DNA of 58,111 bases from a virus (Duplodnaviria > Caudoviricetes), in IMG/VR virus record IMGVR_UViG_3300025141_000107, positions 1-58,111 of that record; one strand, given 5' to 3'. The notes beneath the pieces were generated by a model. That model had not been told where the DNA came from, ran no database searches, and saw only the letters and a list, made by a program, of their open reading frames with translations. A program made the translations under genes and the position numbers. Positions 43,917 through 54,027 of the stretch are shown one piece after another (positions within the stretch are counted from its first letter, which is position 1; every line of letters begins with the position of its first letter).

Positions 43917-45943
43917 TCATTCTCTATAGATAAGACTTCACTCAGCGCGTGAACAAGCATGGTTTCTTTAATTAGCAAGTCTGATGTCTCATACTCCCAG
44001 TCATCATTACACTTTTGGGCAAGAATATTTAATTGTTGTTCAAAATCGAAGTCTCCAGATCTCTGTGCGCCGCCATAGGCCATCCTACCCTCCCATGATT
44101 CAGGATCAACTCGAATATGAGGGGATATTATTTCCCAGTCATCGTCACTAGAGAGAGGATTGATCTTTAGTGTATCTGGCTGGTGAAATTCCTTGCCAGT
44201 GGGCTTGTATTTACATTTCACCTGCAAGGCTCTACCAGCACTTGTTGGTATAAATGCAGATCTGGTTCCGTTAAATTGATTTGCTGCGACGCCCACACCA
44301 GTCATGAATTTTCTTACAGACTTTCCATCAACAGGGAAGGGATATATCTGAGGCCTGCATGTGTAGAAAATAGAGGGACATGGTTTTAACTCACCGTATA
44401 ACTTGCCTCGAATTTCCTCCGCATCACCAATAAATGGTACTGCTGTTGTTGAAACAACTTCGGGTTTTTCCTCCTCCGCACGTCGGATTCTCTCAGCTTT
44501 TTTCTCCTCCACACTCATTTCCGCTTCCTTGCCCAGTTCCATACCAAGCGTATGTTGAATTTTTTCTACTGAGGACTTTGAAGGATCGAATCTTCTACCG
44601 CATCTGTCATCTGAATCTGTCCAGAATTTGAAGATGGTCCCGTCCAGGTGGTTGGACCAGTCAAGATCATCATAGGGTGGGAGATCTGCAATAGGCTCCC
44701 ATTTTGATTTAACGAGATCGACTATGCCAGTTTTTGAAGTATTTACACCAATATTTGAAATCTCTCTAGCAGCAGAGATTCTTTTTCCAGTCTTGATCTG
44801 AATATAATTTATTATAGACAGGTCTTCCCCGCTGGCAACTCTTTCAGCTGCTGCAGCAATGGAGTTCTCAATAAGAACATTTGCCATGAGTATTACAGTA
44901 GCAAGCCTGTTCTTACAGCCGCCATCTCTGCCGCCGCGAATATATTTTTCAATATTAGCAGAAGGTCTTGTTAAAAATCGTGCGAATTTTCTTCTAGATG
45001 CAAGCTTGTTTACATCTGACCAGTTTTCAAATTGACTTCTCGATCCATCCCATCCAATATAGTTTAGTGCCCTGAGACCCATACCATCTACAGTTCCCAG
45101 GGCTACCCCGGATAGAATGCGAGCCTTTTTTACAAGAGCAGCACTTTTAAGTTCATCAAATGTTTTTCCACAACTAATTCTTCCCTCATCCTCTGCCTGC
45201 TGAGGAGTTCCCCAGTCACGAATCTGCCCAGTGTCTTCAATATTATCATCTACGGGCAGAGCTGGATCTGGTATTGTAGCACCTATTGATAATTTTTTTG
45301 TAGAAGGCGCTGATACAACACGCCAGGTTCCGTCATAATTGTCTTCGTACGTAAATGGATCACCTTGCCTTTGAATTTTTCCAAGCTCAGTTCTTCCAGA
45401 TTCTATCCAGTAAACATCATTAGAATATGTTTTGTCAGTGCCATACAGATGATTATCAAACTTTACATTCATTGTCAAAGATCTTTCAGGCATATCAGAC
45501 ATTGATTCTCCGCCACCGTAGATCTGGGCAGATTCTCTAAGGAATACTCTTGATATCTTTATACTCTCGCCTAGTATCTCTGCGGGGTCGCCTCCCCTAC
45601 CGCTGCTATCTGTGTCAATTGGCGCGGGTGATTCTCCAGGTTTTGGCGGCACGGAACAGTCCCAACCAAACCCAAGGTTGGTAAATAGCTGCCAGGGTGA
45701 TGCTCGTATAGTGTTTTCTAGCTCAACCCAAAACAACCGTTGTACATTTTGAATATCCCAGCTGTATTTATTAAAAAAATCTATAAGGGCCGCTTCTTCT
45801 GACTCATCGAGATTTCCATGAAACTTAACGGCACCATGCAAAGCTTGTTCTATTGCTAGGAGTTTTGCTGCTGAGAGTGCACCCCTCCCTAGCCATGCTA
45901 GCCACGCTAGTTCATTTAATAATTTTTTACCTTTTTTCTGCAT
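43913..45943 (-). CDS. Large hypothetical, possibly virion-associated protein
   Basis: 676-aa ORF; LLNE near N-terminus. Confidence 0.8.
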   Translation of the reverse strand: MQKKGKKLLNELAWLAWLGRGALSAAKLLAIEQALHGAVKFHGNLDESEEAALIDFFNKYSWDIQNVQRLFWVELENTIRASPWQLFTNLGFGWDCSVPPKPGESPAPIDTDSSGRGGDPAEILGESIKISRVFLRESAQIYGGGESMSDMPERSLTMNVKFDNHLYGTDKTYSNDVYWIESGRTELGKIQRQGDPFTYEDNYDGTWRVVSAPSTKKLSIGATIPDPALPVDDNIEDTGQIRDWGTPQQAEDEGRISCGKTFDELKSAALVKKARILSGVALGTVDGMGLRALNYIGWDGSRSQFENWSDVNKLASRRKFARFLTRPSANIEKYIRGGRDGGCKNRLATVILMANVLIENSIAAAAERVASGEDLSIINYIQIKTGKRISAAREISNIGVNTSKTGIVDLVKSKWEPIADLPPYDDLDWSNHLDGTIFKFWTDSDDRCGRRFDPSKSSVEKIQHTLGMELGKEAEMSVEEKKAERIRRAEEEKPEVVSTTAVPFIGDAEEIRGKLYGELKPCPSIFYTCRPQIYPFPVDGKSVRKFMTGVGVAANQFNGTRSAFIPTSAGRALQVKCKYKPTGKEFHQPDTLKINPLSSDDDWEIISPHIRVDPESWEGRMAYGGAQRSGDFDFEQQLNILAQKCNDDWEYETSDLLIKETMLVHALSEVLSIEND

Positions 45944-46030
45944 GTAGGTAGTTTTACCTTGTTATTGGATTAAACCTTTGCTTGATAATAATTATTTTAG
46001 AAAACTGTAATTTATATGGAGAATTTTATT

Positions 46031-48319
46031 ATGTATAAAATTTCTGAAGAAGTGCTGCGACAGTTCATTAGAGAGAGAATTTTATCTGCGTACGGAGCTT
46101 ATGATACATCCCACCCTGGTAAAAATGTTTTAAATGAGGGAGCAAGATGGAATATTGTCTGGACTCCTATGAAAAAACATCTTCTATCAGTAATAAACAA
46201 GGCTGCATGGGTTTCGTTCCCAATATCCAAGGCTTGGTTTCATAATGTTCGTAAACAGATGGTCAGCCCAAAGACCGTTCAGGGACTACTTGACAATGCT
46301 GCAAGCACAAGAATCCGCCAGGTATACGGAAGCCCACATACCAAGATGTTTAACCAGTTTGTAGATGATGGAATCATCGTGAAGCGGACCGTGCCTACCG
46401 GTCATCCTTTGCACGGTCTTGCTGACAACCCAGCTCCAAACAAGGTTTGGGCAATAAAAGGTCCAGGCGGTGAAGCGGCTCACTATAGTCCTGATACCTT
46501 TCTTGATCATGCTGTATCTGTAAGGCATCAAATGACAGATGTCACAGACCCAGTGACTGGGATCGTCAAGCCTGTATATACACCCAAAAAATCTGGATTT
46601 GATTATGCCCAGAACCTGAAGTATTCCAAAGACTACACGCTCGACGGCTTCGCAAAACTTAAATGGGATCCAAAACAGTGGGCATCATTGCTGATGTTGG
46701 TCGGCACAGTTTCGCTTGATGACTACATTTGGGAAACGGTGTTTGGTTGGAGCCCTGGAGACTCCCTTCTAGATAATACTTTATTCAGAGCATCATCGGC
46801 TTTAGGCCTTGGAGACAAAGGTTCTACGAAATTTTTAAGAGAATGTCTAAGTGTGAAAACTTACAATGATGCGTATGATATATCTACAGATCAATCATTT
46901 GTTCAGTCAGTTAGTGTACAGTGCACGGGTATGGAAAAGCCAGTTCCCATGCTAGCGATCGGCGGTGCGTTCATCCTATTCGACCCAGGGACTGGGAGGG
47001 TTCAGCAAGATCGGGTGGGTATGCCGGCGCTCACGGCAGCACTTGACAGTGTTGTAAAAAGTATTGGAAGAACTAGTTTGATCCATGTTCTCCTTGGATC
47101 ACCCGCTGAGAAAAACACAGCCGGGAATATCATCAGCACGGACGCGTATCTGGGTGCCGATGGCCGCCATGCTCTCCAATCAGCGGCGAGCCAAATTAGT
47201 ACGGTAGCTGAACGGATCGCTGCGATGCCTCAGCCGCACGGTGCAAAAAAGACCCCGATAACAATACTAGATGTATCAGCAGCATTTAAGAATACCGACG
47301 CTTCAGAAGAAGACGCAGAATCTTTCATTGAAGCATTTGAATCCTTTTGGGATATTGTTCCAGCAGCCGTCGGGGTGGCTGTCGATGGGCTGAAGCTGCT
47401 GGGTGTGTCAGCATCGGATGCTGCCAATATAAGGGGTCAAGTGGAATCAGAGTTAAAAATAAGAGAAGCATTTTTAAAAATCTTTCAAGACATAGAAGAA
47501 AGATTTTATGTTCTGAACATCAGAGATTACGTCGCACATAAAGGGCCGCCGACCAGATCTGATAGTTTTGAAGAGGCAGAAGATGAGCTCATAGCTGCAG
47601 AGAGTGGTGTATCGGGTCTGGTAGAAAAGACAGTAGCTGCGATGGCGAATCTTTCAGATTCTCTTGCTGCAGGAGATAACTGTACAAGTCTGCTATCAAA
47701 AATAGATTCAAATGTCGAAGAGATTGGTCTGGGCTATTCTGCGATGTTCTACGCTGCAGAGGGCTTCAATCCATACGCTAATGCAGAAGATTCTTCAGCC
47801 GTTGGTGCCGCAATTACACGTGATCCCGAGCCTGGTACTGACCTGGTCGGCGCAAACCCGCATGCCGCACTTGTTGCTACGCTTGTAGATGATGGTGTGG
47901 CGGTAATTGATCTTCAGGCTGGGACTTGGGATAATGCGGCGGTGGCTGGATGGGTTAATACCTGGTTTACAAGAAATAGTAATGCACTTACAGAGTCTAA
48001 AAATGGAAAAGCAGCGGTTGCATTTTATAAAAGGGCTACATGTACTGAAGGTGATGATAACTGCCCAGGCATAGTCAAAGATGGTTCAGGTTACGTTGAC
48101 TTTTTTAAGAGGCTCGTGGTGGACAATCTTGGAGAAGCACAGTTCGACGCTAACGACGAGCAGCTGCCTGGGGCTGCATTTACGGGCGAAAACCTGGGCC
48201 CCAGACGGGCTATGATGCTCTATTGGCTTGGGAATGGTCAGAAGACCAAGACAAAGAATATTCCGCAGACGCCTGAGAAGATGATGCCTCTTATCACTAA
48301 AATAATTTTATCGAATTGA
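46031..48319 (+). CDS. Large leader-bearing protein
   Basis: MYKISEEVLRQFIRE..VLNE; start may be 46016. Confidence 0.8.
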   Translation: MYKISEEVLRQFIRERILSAYGAYDTSHPGKNVLNEGARWNIVWTPMKKHLLSVINKAAWVSFPISKAWFHNVRKQMVSPKTVQGLLDNAASTRIRQVYGSPHTKMFNQFVDDGIIVKRTVPTGHPLHGLADNPAPNKVWAIKGPGGEAAHYSPDTFLDHAVSVRHQMTDVTDPVTGIVKPVYTPKKSGFDYAQNLKYSKDYTLDGFAKLKWDPKQWASLLMLVGTVSLDDYIWETVFGWSPGDSLLDNTLFRASSALGLGDKGSTKFLRECLSVKTYNDAYDISTDQSFVQSVSVQCTGMEKPVPMLAIGGAFILFDPGTGRVQQDRVGMPALTAALDSVVKSIGRTSLIHVLLGSPAEKNTAGNIISTDAYLGADGRHALQSAASQISTVAERIAAMPQPHGAKKTPITILDVSAAFKNTDASEEDAESFIEAFESFWDIVPAAVGVAVDGLKLLGVSASDAANIRGQVESELKIREAFLKIFQDIEERFYVLNIRDYVAHKGPPTRSDSFEEAEDELIAAESGVSGLVEKTVAAMANLSDSLAAGDNCTSLLSKIDSNVEEIGLGYSAMFYAAEGFNPYANAEDSSAVGAAITRDPEPGTDLVGANPHAALVATLVDDGVAVIDLQAGTWDNAAVAGWVNTWFTRNSNALTESKNGKAAVAFYKRATCTEGDDNCPGIVKDGSGYVDFFKRLVVDNLGEAQFDANDEQLPGAAFTGENLGPRRAMMLYWLGNGQKTKTKNIPQTPEKMMPLITKIILSN

Positions 48320-48343
48320 AAACTCAAGTGAGAATTTAAAAAC

Positions 48344-51025
48344 ATGAATATAACAGAATCACAGTTTAGAGAACTAGTCAGATCAGAAATAATAAGAAGA
48401 AACAAAGGGTCTCTGAATGAGGGTCTCCATAGTCTTATAACCCAAGAGTATGGGTTGCAGTGGGGTGGCTCTTTGCAGAACTCTGATACAAGAAAAACTT
48501 GGGCGAAAAATCTAGGCTACCCAGAAGAACGGCTCGCGTCGATAGGTACCACGAAGGGCAACATCGCTTTTGAGAAATGGCTACGGGATACATACCCGCC
48601 TGGAAAAGGCGATAATAATAAAACAGTCAAAGCCGCTGTAAGTGAGCCGGTGGAACAACAGACTAAGAGTGACACGGCTACAGCAGGTGGCACTGTAGCT
48701 GATCTAGTCAAGATGATCACGACGCCAGGTGGCACTCTGACTGACGGCGGAAAGTTATTCACTGTATTATTAGACAGAGTAGGTCAGACAGGTAAACTTT
48801 ATATAAAAGCAGGCGGGACAGAAATCAGTTTACGCAACGTCGTTGTCCCTGCTGGGGGTGGTTCATTTATTAACCATGTCAAAAAGCTTAAAGCTTCTGA
48901 TAAAATATCTTCACTAGTTTCAGACCCGCAAACTGCATGGGTTGCAGTGTTGTACGCTTGTTTGGAGGCATCTAAAGCCTTGCCTCAGTTGTCTCCCCAG
49001 CTGGCGGCCATGCTCGATGCAGGGCAGTGGGAAAGCATCCAGACGTATCTTGATGCTGTGAACAAGCTTCAATCTTTGAAAGATATCGGGATAAGCTTCA
49101 TTATAAAGGCTGCAGAAGCAAAGAAGTGGGGCAAGGATCTTGAATGGAAACGAGCCGCGAAAGACGGACCTGATGTCTTTGTGGCAACAGCTGATGTTGA
49201 TATACAGGCTTTATCAGGAAATAAGCTAAAGGGAGCCAAGCCCTGGACTATTAAATATTATATTGGGCAGGGCGAGAAGCCATCTATCAATATCAAATCC
49301 TCTGATGGTGACGGAAAAGAGCTGTATATGCAAGGTGATAGCAAGTCACAATTCGACTATATTGTGGATAATATAGGCACCTACGCCGAAGTCAAGGCAA
49401 AAGTCGTGGAGGCTGAAGGTGGTGGTGACGATGACGGCGGTGCTCAAGTAAGGGACCCAGAGGTTGTCGGTGGCAAAATTGACAAAGATAAGAAGCTAGT
49501 AACGAAATTGTGGCCAGTAAGATATGACGGTGATGGTGAGGTAGCATTCAACATTCGACTTCCGGCAGCATATGTTAATGCTGGACGCAAGTTCCAGTCT
49601 GTAGATAGGAAACTTGGACTATTTGACAAAGAGGTTCTCTCGAAGGTAAATGCTGCAAATTTAGCTGTGCCCGATAGTGAAAAAGGTTTCACAATCAGGT
49701 GGGGTAAGTACAATGGTATGCCTACTGATTATACCTCTATATTCAAAGAAACGGAGGTCACCTCCATTGAGAACATAGAAGAGATTAGGCTAGATGTTCA
49801 AAAGCTTAAGAAGATAAGCGAGGCTGAGTCACAGGTGAAACAGGTTTATAATATACTTGTGGCCTACAAGAAGCAACTCAGAGCTCAGATAAAAAATTAC
49901 CAGAGTCACGGTAGTGAAGACTGGCATAGCACGGAATTCGCGAAGAGCATGTCTGATAGTTTGAAAGTTGTTAATAACATTATCAAAAAAATGGAGGAAT
50001 CGCTGTGGGATGAATTAAAAGTTGTTCTTAGAAATGGTACAACACGGAAGCTCTATAGGCCACACAAGAATGCACTTGGTTCCAGCATAATGAAGCAAAT
50101 TGACAATGTGATGCAGAATTTAAATCACGAAAAATATGAAACTGCAAAATACAAAAAAGGAAAGCAGACACCTAAGCGAATGTTACAGTGGGTAGATCCA
50201 GGAAACGACTCTAACACAAGATATGTTCCGCCTAAGCCCGCGAATGAAAATATAACAAGAAATCTATTGGACACCATAGAGTCACTAATCTTAGAAGAAT
50301 TATCAAAAAAAAAAGTAGTTAGTGAAAAAGTATACAATAGAAATCTAACAACATCGATTTATAGGGTGCCAGAGCCGGGACGCGGCGTAAAGCTGTCATC
50401 AATGAAAGGATCAATTAAAAAGTATGGTGTTTTAGCTGTTGGTGCTGCTGCTGGCTATAAGCTTGGTGATAATAAGGATTCTAGACTCAATCCACCTATT
50501 GTGACTAATCATATTGAAGTATCATCTGATGCTGGCGGAAGACATGATCCAACTGACATGACCAGGTACAAGATGCACCATGGCGTGGATATTCCGGTCT
50601 CTTCTGGAACACCTGTCTACGCAGTAGGACCTGGCACAGTGGCGGAGGTAGCCGGGGTTTCTAGTCCGCATACAGGTTGGGGTTGCTTTGTTAAGATTAC
50701 ACACACTGGGCTGGATTTCACAACGACACGATATGCTCATCTTTCTAGTGTGAGTGTAAAGGTGGGTGATACTATAGGAAAAGAACGCCTTATTGGTCTG
50801 TCTGGTGGGACAAAAGACGAACCTTGCGCTGGAAAATCAACTGGGCCTCATCTTCACTTTTCAATTGATGAAAGTGCTGATAGAGCTGTATATGACAACT
50901 TTTTTGGCCAGGCTGGAAGATGGCAAAGCGAACCCGGAGCGACAGGCTGGGGTGCTGAGGAATTTGAAAAAGAGTACAGAAGTTCGGAAGATTGGGGTGA
51001 TTCTGAATTTGAAAAAGATCCTTGA
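48344..51025 (+). CDS. Large leader-bearing protein with C-terminal M23 peptidase
   Basis: MNITESQFRELVRSE..SLNE; HHGVD, YAHL, STGPHLHF. Confidence 0.88.
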   Translation: MNITESQFRELVRSEIIRRNKGSLNEGLHSLITQEYGLQWGGSLQNSDTRKTWAKNLGYPEERLASIGTTKGNIAFEKWLRDTYPPGKGDNNKTVKAAVSEPVEQQTKSDTATAGGTVADLVKMITTPGGTLTDGGKLFTVLLDRVGQTGKLYIKAGGTEISLRNVVVPAGGGSFINHVKKLKASDKISSLVSDPQTAWVAVLYACLEASKALPQLSPQLAAMLDAGQWESIQTYLDAVNKLQSLKDIGISFIIKAAEAKKWGKDLEWKRAAKDGPDVFVATADVDIQALSGNKLKGAKPWTIKYYIGQGEKPSINIKSSDGDGKELYMQGDSKSQFDYIVDNIGTYAEVKAKVVEAEGGGDDDGGAQVRDPEVVGGKIDKDKKLVTKLWPVRYDGDGEVAFNIRLPAAYVNAGRKFQSVDRKLGLFDKEVLSKVNAANLAVPDSEKGFTIRWGKYNGMPTDYTSIFKETEVTSIENIEEIRLDVQKLKKISEAESQVKQVYNILVAYKKQLRAQIKNYQSHGSEDWHSTEFAKSMSDSLKVVNNIIKKMEESLWDELKVVLRNGTTRKLYRPHKNALGSSIMKQIDNVMQNLNHEKYETAKYKKGKQTPKRMLQWVDPGNDSNTRYVPPKPANENITRNLLDTIESLILEELSKKKVVSEKVYNRNLTTSIYRVPEPGRGVKLSSMKGSIKKYGVLAVGAAAGYKLGDNKDSRLNPPIVTNHIEVSSDAGGRHDPTDMTRYKMHHGVDIPVSSGTPVYAVGPGTVAEVAGVSSPHTGWGCFVKITHTGLDFTTTRYAHLSSVSVKVGDTIGKERLIGLSGGTKDEPCAGKSTGPHLHFSIDESADRAVYDNFFGQAGRWQSEPGATGWGAEEFEKEYRSSEDWGDSEFEKDP

Positions 51026-51038
51026 TCTCTATTGATTT

Positions 51039-51536
51039 TTACAGGATACCGTTTCTAAATATTCTTGATTCATATATTGAATTTCTGTAATCTTCGCTCT
51101 GAGCGTAGGCCTTTATGATCTCTCCAGCCTTTGCATTAGCCTCATCTTCAATTTCACCACCGATATCCTGCACAGGAAACTCTATTCTGTCTTCAAGCAT
51201 CTGTGACATGTGTGTCATCTCATGTGCTATGGACCTGCAGATATCAACTACTGCCCTTGCTTTTCCGTATATTGATATTTTATGATTCTGCGGGTCGTAC
51301 GATGCAGTTGTTCTTATACCTGAGTCATCTCTATTATCTGATATCAGTATCTTGATCGGATGATCTATTTTTAAAAACTGGGCACAAAAGTTACAAAAAT
51401 CTTCAATAATGTGTAGATTATCATTACATCTTTCAAGTGACGGTGAGACTGATACGTCGACCAGACAATTAGGTGAAATTTGATTTTCCACCTCTTCTCT
51501 TATGATTCGTATTAACTTTTCAGATGTGATTTTCAT
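51039..51536 (-). CDS. Leader-bearing HExxH protein
   Basis: MKITSEKLIRIIREE; IAHEMTH..EDEAN. Confidence 0.8.
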   Translation of the reverse strand: MKITSEKLIRIIREEVENQISPNCLVDVSVSPSLERCNDNLHIIEDFCNFCAQFLKIDHPIKILISDNRDDSGIRTTASYDPQNHKISIYGKARAVVDICRSIAHEMTHMSQMLEDRIEFPVQDIGGEIEDEANAKAGEIIKAYAQSEDYRNSIYESRIFRNGIL

Positions 51537-51594
51537 TCGTGTAAACCCGCCAGGCGTTTTATATAATTATATAAAATATTCTAAAGGAATTTCG

Positions 51595-51873
51595 TTGAAT
51601 AGAAAAACCCTTATAGCAAAAATTAAAATGATAGAGATGGGAATAGTGCCAGCTCTAAACGGTTTTGAGCTACACACACAGCTAGAGTCACTAAGCGAGC
51701 CCGATAGAAGAATCGTGAAGAGAAAGTTTAGAAAGGTGTGGAGAAAAATTAGAAAAAGTGATCCGTCTTTTTCATACCTGATGGGTGATAAAAAAGGTGT
51801 AACTCCGACTAGAAGCCAAAAAAGAAATAGAACTGCGGTTGTAGTTGCAAAGATTGTCAAGGATATAGGCTAA
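51595..51873 (+). CDS. Basic hypothetical protein
   Basis: AAGGA RBS before TTG; start uncertain. Confidence 0.6.
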   Translation: MNRKTLIAKIKMIEMGIVPALNGFELHTQLESLSEPDRRIVKRKFRKVWRKIRKSDPSFSYLMGDKKGVTPTRSQKRNRTAVVVAKIVKDIG

Positions 51874-52703
51874 GGGGTGATATCTATGTCAGACTCTGCC
51901 TCGTACTCTCTAATGAACTCTGTTATATCGTAGATGCCTACCCCTATGGTAACCTCGGGAAAGCCGACAAGTGATCTCTGGGTTATCCCTATGACCTCTT
52001 TTTCATAATTTAGAACAAGGCTCCCAGAGCTTCCTGATATGGCAGGTATTGTAAAAAAGCATGCGGTGCTGTTACATCCGGAAAATGTACCAGAGAAATG
52101 AAGGCTAACACCGTCTTCTGATACACCTAGCGGTGATGATACAGTTGTAGTGAGCTCGCCAAGTTCTGGCATTGACTTAGCTAGCTTTAGCTTTTCATCG
52201 ACAATATAGTCTTCTGAGGATATTAGACATAGATCTGTATCTGGATTTTGCTTCAATATTGAAAACTCGTACTCATTTCCATCTTTGTATATTTTTCTCT
52301 TTATGCTAATTGAATCTGTCATCTCTGGCGGAATATTTCTAGTCATGTCGTCTGTATCACAAAAGTGATCAGCAGTTAGAAGATAGGTGACACCGCCGAC
52401 CCTAGATAGAGCTCCAGCAGACGCCCTTGAGGTGTAGATCTCATATATTTCATTTTCGCACTCTATATGTGAAAGAACTCCCGAATCTAAGAATTCATCC
52501 TCGCAAATTATCTCTAGGGTGCCTGATGTCTCTAGAGTGACGAAGTTGTCAACTGGGAGATTATATTTAAATAAAAACTTAGAAGATCCTACAGCTACTA
52601 GAGCTGAGAGGAATGTTAGTATGATACAGTTTAGTAGAAAGTTCTTTCTTATTATAATTTTTCTATCTAGAGGTAGAGATATAATTTCTTTAAGATTCTT
52701 CAT
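51870..52703 (-). CDS. Trypsin-like (S1) serine protease, membrane-anchored
   Basis: LTADHFC, DLC, GSSGS triad motifs; N-terminal TM. Confidence 0.85.
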   Translation of the reverse strand: MKNLKEIISLPLDRKIIIRKNFLLNCIILTFLSALVAVGSSKFLFKYNLPVDNFVTLETSGTLEIICEDEFLDSGVLSHIECENEIYEIYTSRASAGALSRVGGVTYLLTADHFCDTDDMTRNIPPEMTDSISIKRKIYKDGNEYEFSILKQNPDTDLCLISSEDYIVDEKLKLAKSMPELGELTTTVSSPLGVSEDGVSLHFSGTFSGCNSTACFFTIPAISGSSGSLVLNYEKEVIGITQRSLVGFPEVTIGVGIYDITEFIREYEAESDIDITP

Positions 52704-52833
52704 AGTATTGATTAGAATATATTATAATTTATTTAATACTGCATATTTTTGAAATGTTTAACCGACTGTGAACAATTGTACAATTTATCTGAATTCATCT
52801 ATACTTAGATTTAGGTAATAGAGATTTTTTCAC

Positions 52834-54027
52834 ATGTCAATATTCAAACACCACAAGACCTCAGCTGATAGATCTGCAACTGACAGATCTAGGCATAAGG
52901 ATAAGATTAGAAAGGCAATTAGAGAGGGTGTCCACCACATAGTCTCAGATGAATCTATAATTGGCCAGAACGGAAAAAAGAAGATAAAAATACCCGTCAG
53001 AGGCATCAAGGAGTATAGGTTTGTATACGGTGACAATGACAAGAATAAGAAGGTTGGATCAGCAAATGACAAGGAGGTCAGGAGGGGCCAGAAGGTAGGT
53101 CCAGCAAGAAAAAAGGGTAGAAAACCAGGCTCTGGTGAAGATAAACCAGGAAATAAGCCTGGAGAGGAAATGTACGAAGTAGAGATAACCCTTGAAGAGC
53201 TTTCCAGCTACCTATTTGATGATCTCAAGCTTCCAGATCTCGAAAAGAAGAAGATGCTAAATATAGTTTCAGATAAGTTTAAGAGAAAGGGACATCGAGC
53301 ACAAGGTATCCGCCCCAGGTTATCAAAGAAAGAAACTTTAAAAAATAAAATTAGAAGAAAGAAATCCTCAGAGAGATTTAAAAAATCAACCGGTGAAGAA
53401 AATGAGGACGAATCATTTTCTTTTCACGAGTCAGATTTAAAATACAAGCACATAAAGAAGCAAAAAGAGAAAACAAGCAATGCTGTCATATTCTTTATGA
53501 TGGATACATCTGGTTCAATGACTAAGCATAAAAAATTCCTAGCACGATCATTCTTTTTTCTACTTTACCACTTTATTAGAAAAAAATATAAAAATACCGA
53601 GATCGTATTTATATCTCACTCCTCAGAAGCAAAAGAGGTTGGCGAGGATGATTTCTTTCAGAGAGTGAGTTCAGGCGGAACTATCATTTCGTCAGCTTTG
53701 GAAAAATGCATAGATATCTGCTCTCAGAGATACCACGCAGACACGTGGAATATATACGCTTTTCATTGTTCGGATGGCGATAACTGGCCTTCTGATAATA
53801 AAAAATCAGCAAATCTTTCTTTAAAGCTGGCAGATATGTGTCAGCTCTACGCCTACATTCAAACTACACACGGTGTCGGTGATTACTGGAGCAACAATAA
53901 TACAATTGTTGCCGACTATGGTTCAATAAATCACCAAAAGTTTAAAATTGCACACCTGGAGAAAAAGGTAGATGTGTGGCACGAATTTAAAAGAATACTA
54001 GGGGGTTCCAGTGGATTGGAAAATTAA
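52834..54027 (+). CDS. yeaH: YeaH/YhbH (DUF444) vWA-domain protein
   Basis: DRSRH N-terminus, MMDTSGSM, SGGT, SDGDNW. Confidence 0.9.
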   Translation: MSIFKHHKTSADRSATDRSRHKDKIRKAIREGVHHIVSDESIIGQNGKKKIKIPVRGIKEYRFVYGDNDKNKKVGSANDKEVRRGQKVGPARKKGRKPGSGEDKPGNKPGEEMYEVEITLEELSSYLFDDLKLPDLEKKKMLNIVSDKFKRKGHRAQGIRPRLSKKETLKNKIRRKKSSERFKKSTGEENEDESFSFHESDLKYKHIKKQKEKTSNAVIFFMMDTSGSMTKHKKFLARSFFFLLYHFIRKKYKNTEIVFISHSSEAKEVGEDDFFQRVSSGGTIISSALEKCIDICSQRYHADTWNIYAFHCSDGDNWPSDNKKSANLSLKLADMCQLYAYIQTTHGVGDYWSNNNTIVADYGSINHQKFKIAHLEKKVDVWHEFKRILGGSSGLEN

